A stretch of DNA of 64,000 nucleotides from Gnetum montanum (lineage: Eukaryota > Plantae > Gnetophyta). This document shows positions 35,345-50,100 of the stretch, in pieces. The stretch covers positions 509,920-573,919 of the forward strand of contig MNCI01002560.1 in the NCBI GenBank assembly GCA_015680685.1, in the 5' to 3' direction. The notes under the pieces were generated by a model. That model made no database searches, was not told where the DNA came from, and saw only the letters and a list, made by a program, of their open reading frames with translations. How positions within the stretch are numbered: position 1 is the stretch's first letter; every line of letters starts with the position of its first letter. The position numbers and the translations under genes are program-made.

Positions 35345-37694
35345 ATTTATGGTTGAAAATTCAAGACTTTTCCCCTTAACGCTTAAAGACTACCTACACT
35401 CTATTATAGTAGGGTCCTTGAGGTCATATAACCTTATGTCCTATTGGCTAAAGCCATTGTTAATGAATGTAAAAGGTAGTTTGGTTGATTTTTGAAAAGA
35501 CATGTTAAAATTTTGAGTTTTTTTTTGAGTTTTTACTATTTTTGGTAGAAAATGTAGCAAGTAGGGAGATCTGCTAGCATAGTATACCAAAAATAGAAAG
35601 GAAATAGAAGATAGTTGTCAAATGATAACAAAAGAAAATTTAAAATACCTTTACTTACTAGATAGAAAATGGACATCATAGTAGGAACTACACTAAATGG
35701 AATGATAGAAAATGGAATAACAAAAAATGGAATGATAGAAAATGGGATGATGGAAAATGGAATGATAGAAAATGAAATGACAAAAAATGGAATGGATGTT
35801 ATAGTAGATGAGAAATCTATATTAGATAGGAAATTAGTAGCAAAACCCAACTCTACTACAGCTAATGTTGGTATGATGGAATGAAAGATAGAAATGTAGT
35901 AGGCTTGGTATTTCAGAAAATGGCTCAAACTAGTTTATGGTCAAGAATTTGGGTGGAGGCCCTCCTTCTAGTACTAGAAAACTATTGGAGTTAGAAATCC
36001 TAGTTACTGGAATGGAAAATTAAAAGATGCTAGTGTTGAAACAATTTTAACCCTAAATCACAAGGGCCTCCAAAAAATGGGATTCAGAGTATCCTAGATG
36101 ATCTTGCTAATCATTGAGGGACTTACAAAGTGTAAATGAGAGAAGTTTTAGAAATTTAAATGTGATCATAGATGAAACTGAAAAGCAAAAATGAAAACAT
36201 AAATGGAAAAGTAAATGGAAATAAGAACAAAAATAGGAACGGAAATGACCTACTAAAAATGAAAATGGAAACATAATACTAAAAATAGAAATTGAAATAG
36301 AATCATAGTTATAGAAATAAGTGTAGAAATAGAAATAGAAATACAAAATTACATAAAATGAATAATAAAATTTATAAAAAGTATAAATGAATTGGATTTC
36401 ATGATGTACAAGTTTATTCTAAGGGCATAGAAAATTACTTGCCAACACTTGAACTTCATTTGAGAAGGCTCTACTCCATCATCTAGTTCTTCCCAAGTTT
36501 CATTTTGTAAAACTTTCCATCAGTTTCCTCAAATTCTGAAACATGTGAATGGGATTTGATTTACACTTTTAGTGTAATGGTAGTTATATTGAGGTATCTA
36601 CACCTAGCATAGTACTATTTTTTGCAACTGGAAGTCTAGTTGGATTACAAGGGTTGTAATGGGCTTTTATTGTAAGAAAATGAAAAAAAAATGCTATTGC
36701 TACCAAAAGGTTTTTAAAATGCCAAGAGTTTCAGACCTAAAAATGGTATTGACATTGGAAATTCATAGGTTTATGATTACCATTTTTGGGACTACCATTG
36801 ATTGTTGATAGATTACCATTGATTGTGGATTGCAATAGTCATATACTAGTAGTGTAGTTGGTCATCTACTATCAATGTAGTTGCTAGTTGTGGTAAGTCT
36901 AGAATGGACTATAGCCACAAAATCCTTCCATTTACTATGAATAGTAAAAAAACATTTGTGACTACACTAGCCCCATTATTATTTTGGTGGTTTTGGTTAA
37001 TGATTACATACTGTCAATGTAGTTGCCATTTATGGTAAGTCTGGAATGGACTACAGACACAAAATCCATCCATTTACTATAAATATTAAATACACTTTTG
37101 TGACTATGTTAACCCCATTCCTACTACTTTGGCATTAGTGGACTATGTTCAGGTTGGTGAAAAATGGGAAAGTGGTGGAAAATGTGGAAAAAGTTAGAAA
37201 CTACAAAAATGTTGGAATCCGTTGGAAAGTATAATGCATGGTGAAGAACACTGTCTACATTGGCCATTGATGACTTGGAGTGACTATGCTAGCTATTGTT
37301 GAAAAATTGAAAATTTCAACAATCCCAACATTTCACTTTTGCTAGGTCTTAGTGCTAACTATGCTAGCTACTATGATTTCTAAAAGTGTAGTTACAATGA
37401 CTATTGAAAATGGCTCTAGCATAGTTTGGGTTATACCCCTAGAAAAAATCATGGAAATGCCATTTTTAATGATTAAAAAGGTGTTTTAGGCCTTCCCAAG
37501 TCCAAATATGGATATAGGGCACCTTTTTCTACCTGGGAAGCAAGGAAATAACAACTTTGGAAGCATTTTTAGGCATTAGAAAGTTGAAGTATGAAATATT
37601 GTAGCTGAAAGACTACACATCTTCCATTTACAATGAATACTTTTCCCATGTTGGGAAATGAAGGTTACAACATGAAATTTTTGTGGTGTTTTAA
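35345..37694 (-). repeat. 5' LTR of element B
   Basis: Outer end matches the start of A's LTR; lies directly upstream of gag; contains GACTAYRYTAG motifs and a ~140-bp internal duplication. Inner boundary approximate. Confidence 0.6.
35693..35795. repeat. 15-bp tandem repeat (AAAATGGAATGATAG) inside LTR B
   Basis: About 6 imperfect tandem copies directly visible. Confidence 0.85.
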
Positions 37695-39134
37695 ATACTA
37701 GATCCAATGGTAGATCCACAAGCAAATTGAGAGAGGATATAACTATTATAAAAAATGTGGCTAAAACACTACAAAATTTTGTATTAATCTTTTGAAAAAT
37801 ATAAGGTAGGAAAATACAAATTTAAAAGCTTGTATGAATTTCAAAGTGTGGAACTATGAATGTTCCAAAGATCTCCTTGAAAGTGCTATTGAAAAATTCA
37901 TGCATATGTAGGTAGGATGTGTTCTGTAATTAACTTAAACACATATAGCTTGGTTAATTTGTGAACTACAATAAGCTCTTGATGCTCTCGATGATGAACA
38001 TTGAGGGGAAATTGCTCCAGGATCTATGATCTATATCTACTTTAAAAGTATCAAGTTCAAAAGAGGTTTTAGAATCCAAAAGTTCTCAAAAGTGGCACCA
38101 ATTCTTCGTTTTATGGACTATGATTTGCTATTTTTATGTTGACTTTCTTCTTGCAAGTTTCATGAGCATTCACATAGCATTTTTGATAATTCACACTGGT
38201 CAACAACTACAGTGTTTTTGATATTTATGTTAAGACTAATAAATGCAACGTTTTTAATATTTCATGCCAGAATTGATAGCATTTTTGAAAAAATGAATTC
38301 AATTACACTAGTTTGGTATAATCCACAATATTTTCAACATTTTATGCCATGAATTATACTTTAAATCTTGAGAACACTCTAGTATTTTGATGAAACAAGA
38401 TTACAAGAGGAATTTTTTGAAGGGAAATTGAGGCATTTATTTTTCTTTTGAATCTAATCAAAATTACAATTAAAATTTAACTACAATGATTTCCTATTTC
38501 AAATTGAATTTTCTTTAGGATGTTTCATTAGTCCCTCTTTGTTGATATTTTGATTATTAACTCAAAAGACATAAACAAAGCATACAAAACACCACTATAG
38601 GTCTATCACCAATGCTTCTCTCTCCCCACTTGATTCTATAGCTATTGAATCATGCCAAGGAGTACTTAGGATGATGAAGTAAGATTAAGATGAAACTAGT
38701 GAGGATTTAGGATAAACTTATGTGTAAGAATGGTTGAATAGACCAATGAACAATTCCACATGTGTTGACATGATGGCTATGACATAGTGATGTGCTCATT
38801 TACTTATGAGGGCTTTGCATTCAGTGCTTGTTATACTTGTTACATGCCCTTAGAGATGAAGAAACTAGTGCTTTGGTATTAGCTACTTTAATCACTTGGC
38901 TTATTTTCTTGAGATATTAGTTTAATTTTTTTAAGATACTTTGGCCTCTTGGCTTTCTTGTCTTTTCATCCTTTTCTTCTTTTGTGGAAGTGAAACCTTC
39001 TTTGGGTTTTAATGCCAAGGCCAAGCTTTTGTTATCTTGGTAAATGTAGTGTTTCTAGTTTTTAGCCAACTAATTGATGGAGCATGTTGTAGAAGATGTT
39101 ACATGGTCATACACCTTATTAGCTAAGTTTTCAC

Positions 39135-41900
39135 ATGGTTCATTATTTGTGATAATGGCTAGAGGTAGGTCAAATTTGGATACTATGTTATATATGATGA
39201 AATTGTAGACTTATTGTGAAGTTTTTTTTCTTAAAGGAATGGCTTCAATTCATTTTTTGAAGTACTCAATTGCAATGATAATAAAGCTATGCCTCACCAA
39301 ATACTTAGGAGATATAGATCCAACAATGTTGGTTTCCCATTATTGAAATAACAATATAATTTGAGTAGTGTGTAACTCAGTTGGTGGTACATATATAATG
39401 TTTTTATGTCATTGAAAATGTCACAAGTCTTTTATGTATTATATGCAATTGCTTTACATATAAGGCTAGCGGTATCTTGGGTATCTAATCTTCGTAGGCA
39501 TGGCTCTAGATCTTATATGTCCTCCACATATTCCATCATGTATCTATGTTAGGACTATATAGGCTTTTGCTATGCTCAGGCAGATTAACAATACACCATG
39601 GTAGGACCTGTGACATAATGTGTTATTAGCCATAATAACATATAATTTGAATTATTTGCATACAACATGATTTTGGGAGATAGTTATGTTTTGTGGAGGT
39701 TCATCATGCATGAGGTAGAACTTGATATTATCATACCATTCATGTTGGGAAATATTCCTTTTGGTTGCTACAAAAGTATTTTTAGTATGTTTCATGATGG
39801 AATTAGTACAATTTTTTGTCATGGAAGGTAATTTGCTAAATACATCAGCCATCATACTTAAGGCTAATGTAGCTGTGACATCAATGAGTGAAATTTCAGC
39901 TTGGGGAATATGTTGAATGTTGAAATCTATAAATTGTTGAATAAGCATTTTGTCCATGTCACAATAAGATAATAAGTGTTTGCCTTTATAGGCATAGATC
40001 TTGGTTACTTAGCTAATCACTAATTAAAATCACTCTTCATAATTAAATGTATAAATCTATAGTTACAAGCTATTATCAGTTCCTTGATTAACCCTTCATA
40101 TTCCACCATGTTTTTGATACATGGAAACTTTAAATGATAGGTAAATGATTAGATTTCATCAAAGGGATGTATGATGATGATAATGGCATTAGCTTGGTGT
40201 GTAGTTAAAGCTTTGTCAAAGTGCATAATGACTTCATAACCTTTGGATAAATTGTTGATAATTTTGACATGCTCATTAGGGAATTTGAGATCTATGGCTA
40301 TGATGTCTTCAATCAAAGAAGTAGTTAGCTAAGCGATTTTAGCTTGAACTTTAGGTAAGGATTTTTATACATGGGATATGTTAAAATTGGCTATTATGGC
40401 TTTCCATCAAGATATTTAGCTACTCTCATAGATGTTGAATGTAATAACTCTTAATACATTATCTTTACATATGATGTTAACTTATGCGTACTATCTCCAT
40501 TTTCTAATGAAAAGACTAAGGCTAAGCAATGTTCTTCAACTTCATTGTATCAAGGCTCATAGGCTACTAATTCATTGCTCAAGTAGTAAATTAGTAGCTC
40601 TACTCCATCATCTTATTTTTGATAGAGCAACGAACCTATGGATGTGTTAGAGATTTCAAGATATATGAAGAATGATTTATCCTTTTGGGATGGCTAAACA
40701 GTTGGCAACTTAGCTAACTATTACTTAATATTATCATAGGTTTCTTATCATTGATCTATCTATTCATAATGAACTCTATTCTTAAGTAAATGTTGCATGG
40801 GTTTTTACTTACCTATAAGTTTTAAGATGAACCTATGAATAATCTATAATCTACCTTATAAATCACGTAGTTCCTTAAGGTTACTAGGTATTGATAAGTT
40901 GCTTATGGCCTTAACCTTATTTGGATTGCCACATATTACTGATCTAGAGACTACAAATTTAAACATATATTTAGTTTTAACACTAAAGAAATACTTCTTG
41001 GGATTGAGTCAAAGTTCATATTTGAGACAATGTTAAAGGACTAAGTTTAAGTCATGTGCATGATCGTTTGCTATCTTATATTTTAGCGTGTTATCATAAA
41101 CATAGTCATTGAGTAGATCCAACATATAGTCATTAAAGATATCGGTTGTAGATCTTTGGTATGTTGCACCTATGTTATTTAGATTAAAATACATCATATT
41201 ATAATAAAAGATTCCTCAAGTGATCATGAAGGATAAAAACACATGACCAAGAGTAGTATTAGTATCAATGAGTTGATTGATGCTAGGAAAGGGAAAGTCA
41301 TCCTTAATGTTTGCTTTTTCAAGAGCATAAAAATCAATACATATGTAAATACTTATATTCTTCTTGGAAACTACCACTATGTTGGATACCTAGTCTGTGT
41401 AGTTGATAGCTCTAATGAAACCTGCTTTGTAGAACCTCTTGATCTCGTCTTGAACTACTAATGCTAAATTTGGTCTAATATTAGGAATCTTGTTTTAATA
41501 GGTTTGATGCCAAGGTTAAGTATGATGTTATGTTAAACTAAGGATGGATCGAGTCTAGGAATGTCCTTAGAGGATGATGTAAAGGCTTTAATGTTATCCT
41601 ATAAGGTCTTCGTAATGTCTTGTGTAGGTTGAGGTTCAAGTGAAGAACTTAGTTTCAACGTTCAATTGCTACTATGATGGGTTGTAATGAAAACATCCAC
41701 AAGGGAATCCTCTATGATGTCTTTGGCCTTTAGTTCAAGAGTCTTGACTATGTAATTAGACCATTCTAAGATTTTCTCTATTGAGGCTATGTGGTCAAAA
41801 AGGCTTCTATGCTTACAATTTAGACATTTAAGGTCAATTGGTTGAATAGCATTATCCAAAGGTCCATTTTAGCTTAAAGGCAAGTCAAATTATTTCTGCA
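39135..41900 (-). pseudogene. pol: Element C: third RT-RH-aRH-INT pseudogene of the same family, integrase truncated
   Basis: Same pre-RT leader (DHIASIEKILEW..IVKTLEL) and aRH C-terminus (QQFIDFNIQHIP) as A and B. Confidence 0.88.
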
Positions 41901-44539
41901 TCTTCATGGTTTAATCCTACACGTCAACATAAACACATTAAATGTCATTTGCATGGTGTATTTGTCAAACAATGATAATATAAGATACTAAATTATATTA
42001 TTTTTTTTCATATTGGCTATTATTTTATTAAAAAAGTAATAATTTAATTGAAAAGAAAAAAATATATAAAATAATTTATTCTAATATCAAAAAATATATG
42101 ATGGCAATGTGTTCCCACATGGTCACTATTTTAAGGCAGGCTAAGCAGTGTGTGGGTAGCTTATTATACCTAGTTAGCATGTTTGACCAACATGGGAAGT
42201 GTGTAGATAGTGCATCCTAGATTGACAACGTTTTTGAAGGTAAATTAAGCTATAATTTAAATTGGTACAATGTTTCTAACTTTTAGTAATTTAGGTTCGG
42301 AGCTATGAGGCCTACATCTTAGCACTTTTTATCACAATAGTAGCATTTTTATCTATAGGAAGAATTTTTCATCAAAGAGCAATGTTTTCACTAAATTGTA
42401 TTGGGATTTTGATTGAAATAGTATTTTTGATCTAGCATGGAGGTATTAAACAACTTGTGCTTGGTATTTTTGGCCAATCTTGGTATTTTTGGGGATTTCA
42501 TGTTAATAGTGGAAAGTAAAACACACAAAATTTAACAATAATGATGGATAAGAATGGATCAACAAGCAAGAATTTGGCGATGAAGGAGGTAGAGGAGGGG
42601 GAGAAGATTGTTTTTAATAGTCTAATGAACCCATTTGTAAGAGATGAATCAACATCTATAGCCTAGTTACCCTTTCTCCCTATTGTTTTCCTTTATTTCT
42701 AGCTTGATTTTAGCAGTTTTTTCTACCTCCAAGTTTACTTATGTTAAAAGTTATGATTTTTAACCACATAGAATTAATGTTTTGGATTTTTTAATGACTA
42801 TAGGAATGATATTTGGTTTTCTATCTTTTTATTATGGAAATTTTTTATTTTTCTTAACTACATACAAAATGTTCCTACCTATTCTTTCACCTGTTTTTGT
42901 CATTTTAGGTATTTATTATTTTTTATATGGCCTCATGAACTAGTGTTCTTGAAATTTCCCTATTTAGTGTCTACATTTTTAACTTCTCTAGATGAAAAAG
43001 GTAGCATATTAGGGTTTTAGGCTTAGATTGTAGCATTTACAAGTTTTTCAAGTTAATCTATGACAAACTAGGACTTTTTATCTAGTTGAAAAACAAAGGT
43101 TTTGGAATTTTGGCCTAAACAAATGACATTTTTGGCCTTTTCCTTGCTTGTAACAAAATTTTGAATTTTAAATTTTTGTATTGTAGAATTTCCAGGGTTT
43201 TCATGTCCAAATAATTATAAATTAGGGTGATGAACTAGCCAAAGTTTGTTGGTGAGATACCTTCATTGTTATCTTCGTTGTAGAGATACCTTCATTGTTA
43301 TCTTCGTTGTGACTAAGCTATGAGTTGCATCCATGTAGGAATATTTCAATGTGAAAAAGATCATGAAGAAAATAAATGATTAGATCCAAATTCAATTGAA
43401 ACTCCTCACTTATGACTATTACTCATAAATAAAATCAAACTCCTCATCCTAAATTTTGATCTTATGTTCAAAAGTGTAAACAAATGATTAAATCAAACTG
43501 AAAACATATAAAATAAACATGAATGTCAAAAGATTAAAAAGAAGATGCCAACTAATATTTGAACCCTACTTTGCTATATTTACAATGCAAAAAATTCATA
43601 GCTTCATAAGAAACCAAATGGTTGTTAATTTCCACAAAGCCTCAACAATCTTCCTTAATAATTTTCAATATAAGAACCCAAGAAGGGATTCATTTTGACA
43701 GGGTTTCTTTAGAGTTTGGCCAAAAATCCTCCATTAAACATTAGGCTTCTTAATTTATACAAAAGAATACTTGATCAAAATTAGAAAAATATCATTATTT
43801 AGGAAAATCAATTTGCATCAAAGAATTCAATGTCAATTGGTTACAAGTTATTGAATTGTATCAGAGTTGCTATATTATTTTATGCTTGATTTATATTGTT
43901 CTAGAAATGAATATTGATATCTTGATTCCTTGGTGAGGTACCTTTTCCCATAATTCAGTGTTATTGATCCATGTCACATCGACTATGAAGATTGATATGT
44001 TTTGGGTTGATTTCCATTGGTCCCATGATGAAGTTTGATGAGAAAGACTAAATAAAGAATTTAGTACCTATAGATAGTTATCACAAAAATTAATGATCTT
44101 CGATAACATAAAATAGTAAAAAATAATAAAAATTTAAGATTTAATGAAGGAAAAAATTGGTACAATCAGGGGTTCAACATAGTCCTCAACTAGCCTTTGG
44201 CTAGTGCTTGGCCAGCTTAGTTGAAAAATATATATATTTCCCTAATGTATATATACTTTTAACCTACATAATACACAACTAATAAAGTGGCTAAAAAACC
44301 AATTAAAACTAATATTTAAAATACATCAACATCATATTCATGCTTATATCCATATCAAAAGAAATCAAACTGTATCACATTATAATTGGATGATGATATA
44401 TTCAAAAATAAAATAAAAACAACATTAATCATTAACCATCCATCCATCATAGTCTAGTTTAAAAACAAAAATTAAATTATTCATGAATCATCATAATGGC
44501 TATATATCCATACAAACAAACAAAAATAAGATGACACTT

Positions 44540-46600
44540 GAGGCAAGGATCAAGCCTCTAATTCTCCCTCCACCTTCATATCTTTCTTGAAATGAGAGGG
44601 ATATGCTACTTCAGCATCATTATAGATTTGGGAATGGACATGTTTTTTAATGTTTTCCACCCCCTTTTCCATGGTGATGAGGGTTAAGTTGACCCTTTTC
44701 ATCACTATCAAAATCTCCCATTGGGTAGACCAAACCTCCTGAAGTTAGTTGCAAACCTCCTCTCTAAACTCTCAAAATTCACTAGCTTCAAGTAATAATG
44801 AAGATTCTAGATCATTTTATTCCTTCACAAATGGTCCAACATTTGCATAAATATTTAGGGAACATGCAAAGGTGTTCTTTTTGAGGATTATGAGTGCAAT
44901 TTCATTCCTATTTGAAGCTATGGGATCCCACACCTTTGGAGAATTTCAGAGATGAGGAATGGAAAGAAAAACTTAAAAGAATCATCATTATAATGATAGA
45001 TAAGATAACTAATTCATAGGTAAGAGAAATTTTCTTCCTCCCCAAACATTAGGGCTTTCATCACATGAAGCGCAAGACTAAGCACATAGGTGGTATATGT
45101 GGATGATAGGACATTTGTACCAATGATTAATGCCATCACATGGTATTCTGACCAAAGGTTTACAATAGCCATCTAGAGTTTGACTCATCAATGAATTGGT
45201 GGAAGAGATCATACTTCTCTTTTGCACTTACCTTAGATCAGAAAGTGTTGTTCCCCTTGGCCGGTAGCCCAAACCACTTGTGAGGCCTTTTTTTTGTCAC
45301 TTTTACATGAATCTTCTTGATGGAGGAGATCAGATAATGCTTCAAGTGATCTACCTTGGTGAGGTATGACCTGAGATTCTTATAGAACTCTAGGAGCTCT
45401 TCTTGTATGAACTAGTCGATGGAGGGTTGGATAAAGACCCCATGCTACATTGATTGTAGTTGCTATTGCACCACCGCATTTGTGTGGTCAAACCATTGAG
45501 TAATTGGACTCATGGTTCAAGGGAGAAAATTTTAGGTGTTCACTTTTAGGCATTTGTAATACAACAAAAAGGTTAAACATATTAAAATTATTGGCTATCT
45601 ATTTCATAAATCCCATGGTTACCTTGGCCTATTTCTCTGTAGTGGAGGATTTATCCATTTGATACGATGGTAAGAGCTATGCATGGGAGAAGGAAAAATA
45701 AAATTATCATTCCATCCTTAATAGAAAAAGAATCATTTATGATGGGTACCTTTGGAAAGAATGGTGGGGGTTGTACATGACCATGAAGATCCCACTCTTG
45801 ACCAATGTCTCTCCTAGGAGTTATTACTATTGAGCTAGAAAGAGATGAAATTGAGGTTCTAATGTCTCTATAGGGGCTTTGTTCGGATAATAGTTATCCA
45901 CCCCCATGAGGCAGTGTCTTTATACAATTAATGTCTTCCTATTACCTTTATGTTTTCTCAAATTTTAACAATATTGATTTTCCTTATAGTATTGATTTCA
46001 ATTGATAAAAGTTATGTCAAACTTCATTAATAAATTGATATAGATTGATAAATATAGTATTTAGTCTTTTGATATCAATTTTCATCATGGTTGCATTGAT
46101 AAGATGTGAGACACTTAGGAAAATTTTAGTCTTATCAATCTTGATCAATCTACTTAACATGGATTGATATGTCTAAATAACATATCAAACTTTATTGAGG
46201 TTGCATTATTCAAACGAGAGATATTTAGTAAAATTTTTTCTTCCTCAATCTATATTGATTAAATCAATATGAATCAATATTTGAGCTGTGCACATCCTAA
46301 TTTAAATTGATAAAATTAATACTTAGATTGATAACATAATTTTTTTTTATGTTGTATCAATTTATATTACTAAAATCAATATACCTTGAGTTCACTTTAA
46401 ACAAGACATTGAGCTCACAATGTCTCTCGATATGGCCAATTCTACAAAGTTTGGTTTCTACTACTAACATCTATGGACATTGATGTCTCGATATCCTTTG
46501 ATAAAATAATTTGTCCTATTTCCTTGACATTGCATCATGTGATATAAATCGATAGTAGAGTGATAATTTTATTCACTTAAGAATATATAAAATTTTATTC
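44540..46600 (-). mobile_element. Possible DNA-transposon (CACTA-like) remnant
   Basis: Minus-strand fragment DKKKGLTSGLGYRPR (~45260-45300) recalls the GLG motif of En/Spm accessory proteins; ATTGAT/ATCAAT-rich block at 45970-46560. No termini found. Confidence 0.25.
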
Positions 46601-47127
46601 ACTTTATCACTTCTCAAGATTTATTCTTATTATTTGGGTAGGAGTATACATATAACTATATTAGGAAGACCCTTCCTAGCATTAATTGGGATATACATCA
46701 CCTCACAAAGTTGCTTCATTTGGTGCAATAATGTTTTACAAACTCAATATCTTGATCTTTCCTTAATATTAAGGATCTAAGATTCATTTCTTACATAAAA
46801 CTCATTCCCTAACTTGCTTTTGGATTAACTTTCATGTTGGTTATACCCTACTATCCAATCCATTTGAAGTTGGTTATCCCTCTTAATTAAACTAGGATAT
46901 GTCTCATACCTAGATTAATTAGTAGTAATATTTATTGAATAAATGGAAATTAGGTTGGCCAAGAGGATATACCAAAAATAAAAAATTTAATGAGTTTTAT
47001 ATATCCTTCATTATGTATAGAATACTAGTATGTTTGAGCCTTACAAACATTAGTATCCATAATGCTCATCCATTGTAAGACTCTTAACTACTAACACCTG
47101 GGGGGGGGGGGGGGGGGGGGACAAAGN

Positions 47128-50100
47128 TGTAAGACCCTAAAGTTAGAAGTACTAGTAGATATTATAGATGGCAACTCAATTAAAAGTAGGAGGGATATAG
47201 CTAAAAAATTAGAATCAAAATAGGAATAAATAATACTCTAAAAAAGTATGAAGTAACATGAAGCAAACAACCAAATAAGCCAATTAAGATAAATGGGAAA
47301 AAATAAAAGGAAGTAGTAAAATATCCTTTGAGATAAGTCAATTCACCTTGTCTAGTGTCATACTCTAGTTAAAAGGTGATAGCATAGAGAATAAGTATAA
47401 GAAATTGCTACTCCACCCATAGACACTCTTCTTATGGAAGGAGGTTCTTAAGGGATGCTTAAAATTGTTAGCCTTATGCATTCCTCCAACCATAAGGTTC
47501 TTGTGGAAGTGTGGCCTTGCTCATGATTGAAAGTAGTTGTGGGACCCTTTGCTCATATTGGTAATTTCTTTATGTTTTTCTTCTCTCTTTCCTTTTTTAA
47601 AAACCATTCTTTACTTTCTATTTTTTTTAAGGAAGCGGATAATAAGGCCTTCTTCAATGATGAGGTTCTTGTAAAAGAAAAAGCTATTTTTGAATCTATT
47701 TAGTGGGTTGCTCATTGGGATGCTGATTAAGTTTCTCATGTTGGTGTCACCTTTATGGCTATTCCAAATATGATACATCCTTTTCTCATTATTGAATTAT
47801 CCAAGAAATTCATTACTAGAACCATTCATTAATGTTCAAGAATCAAACCTAGTTATTATTCTTATGATTCATGAAACTTAGAAAACTTGAAGAATGTTAC
47901 ACCCCACCCAAAGCTAGTAGGTATGGTCATATGCTTATAATGTAGACATTACATGTGGAGTCCTAGTGGGTATTTAGGAACACATTAATGCATTTTATAT
48001 GTTATGTGGCCTCATTTTTGTTATGATTATGATGTATTTAGATGCTTAACTAACATGATTATGTACACTAGCCCTATGGGATGTGTTAGATAGGTGATGT
48101 TGCTAGTAGGTGTGGGACTAGGGTACAAGAGCACGAATTTGGTATAATTTTATGCTTTATGTATTATTTTGGTATGTAGGAATTTGTATTATAGCACTAT
48201 GTTGTGTGATGTTTAGACATGGTTTTGCCATGTGAATGTGTAGAGCGTATGATAAGGATCTCATAGGTTCAAATGGATTTTGATTTGGAGTCCTGACATG
48301 TCTATTACGCAGGTTTAAATTTTATGGTGTTAGTGGCAGAGAAGAAAAATAAAAATAACTTATGAAAATACAATTTCGTAAAAATAATATAAATAAATAA
48401 TTCAATTTAAAAACATAAAAGAAACCAAACAGTAAAGTAACACTAGTACGTGATATGCACCCATGAGAGAAAGAACAAAGGTTGCATGTAGGAATACACT
48501 TAAAAGCATAGTTTTTGTTTTTTATGTTTCTTTTACTTCTCACCACCTACCAAACTTGGGTTTTGGTTTCTATTTTTTTTCTATTCATAGAAATAGAAAT
48601 GCACAAGAGTTTGTTTTCTTCCATTTTCTTTCTACTCTCTTCCTTTCTTGGATTCTGAGCCTTGTGGAAACATTTTGCTTATTATAAACTTGGATATGGA
48701 ATTATTGTGGTCATATCTACATGTGTGCAAAACTTGTTGGGAGTGAAATGGAGTCTTGCTGGATTTTTGAGGATTTTCTCCTTGTTGAGGGCTTTCTACA
48801 CCACTAATTTGGATTGGTGGGTTGTCTTTGCCTTTCCCTTGCATTTTTGTGCTAGATTAGTGTATATGATTATGTGATGTAGGCATGTGAGATGGATAGC
48901 TCATGGATTGAGCTCGGACATGTTATTTTATCTATTTTCCCAAAATTGTCTAATTTTGGTTATAGATTATCAATGAATATATATGAAATGTATGGGATGA
49001 TGTGGACATGTGAACTATAATATGTGGTGTTGATGAGCCTCATATGATATGCTATTTGTGGGGCCTCGTAGTATGTGAGTATTTTATTTTGGGCATTCCA
49101 AATATTATTTACATATTATTTTATTAATCAAACTTTTAACATGCATAACTTTGCCTCTAAGAGTTCAATTTAGGTAAAATTAGTATAATTGGGATCACCT
49201 TGGAAAGTACTTTGTAATCACAGAATTAGTTTTCTCTTTTGGCATATCTCATTTTGAAGGTTATTATACTGGTCATTGTATGGAAGTACATCTCTTTTGA
49301 GAACTATGGTGTTTTTTTGACATATCAAGGTCTTCATGGTGTTTTTTTGCATTGTGGTATTATCTTCATGAGAGGTGGATCTATGTGATTATGTTTTTTT
49401 TTGTGTGTTGTGCTTATGACATGTGTTGGCTTAAGTTAGCTAGACTGTTTACATGTTTTTGTGATAATGCTTATGATGGTTGTTGGCAGGTGGTGCTAGC
49501 ATCAAGGTGTGGACTAGTTGGTGATGAGGCATTCTGGAGGTCATATGGATTGACCGCCATTGTGATGCATTAGTGAGGCTCATATCTTAGGCTTCATCTT
49601 GGGAGTGGGAGACCATAGGTGTTTTCATCCCTATGGTTGGTCCATTGCATAGGTGTGTTCATCCCTATTTCCAATCCTCCAGAAGGCTAGTGGTTGTGGG
49701 TCATAGGTTGATAGACCCTAGCACTAGTTGGATAAATAAAAGACTAATAAAAGACCTAGAAGCAATGGCTATTATGAGTACTCATGACAATGTTTCACAT
49801 GCTACACTGAGCATTGATATGCTAGCATCCACATGAGCTATGTATGTGATGGTATTGGGTTGTGAGTCATACTATTGAGAATAGGCGTTTTGTTGGAATT
49901 ATGATTGTTTGGATCATGGACTATTTATAGTATATCATGAGTATGATGACCTGGGCATGATAGATGATGTCAAACTATGGCTTTATCTATGCTTGTATAT
50001 CATATGTTAGCTTCATAGGTGATATTGTGTGTGCTGTTTTGAGCATGCATAAGAATAATAGTGTTGTAGGTTGCCTTGTACCCCACTCCTCTCCTCTTGT

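Larger units (their letters stand above)
10682..37694 (-). mobile_element. Element B: giant decayed Tat/Ogre-like element (5' LTR, gag-PR, antisense gene, motif array, pol), hosting the young element and cut by element A
   Basis: Collinear minus-strand LTR, gag-PR and pol; the intervening modules are joined the same way in copies A and D. Confidence 0.75.

Noticed and set aside
35325-35345. PBS of element B
   Set aside because: Too decayed to assign a tRNA.
35536-36346. MIENG-repeat and hydrophobic ORFs
   Set aside because: Translations of the 15-bp tandem repeat and low-complexity LTR sequence.
47100-47127. Poly-G run as PPT or G-quadruplex before the Tekay-like LTR
   Set aside because: Adjacent to an N and possibly a sequencing or scaffolding artefact; this LTR is followed by PBS and gag, so it is a 5' LTR.
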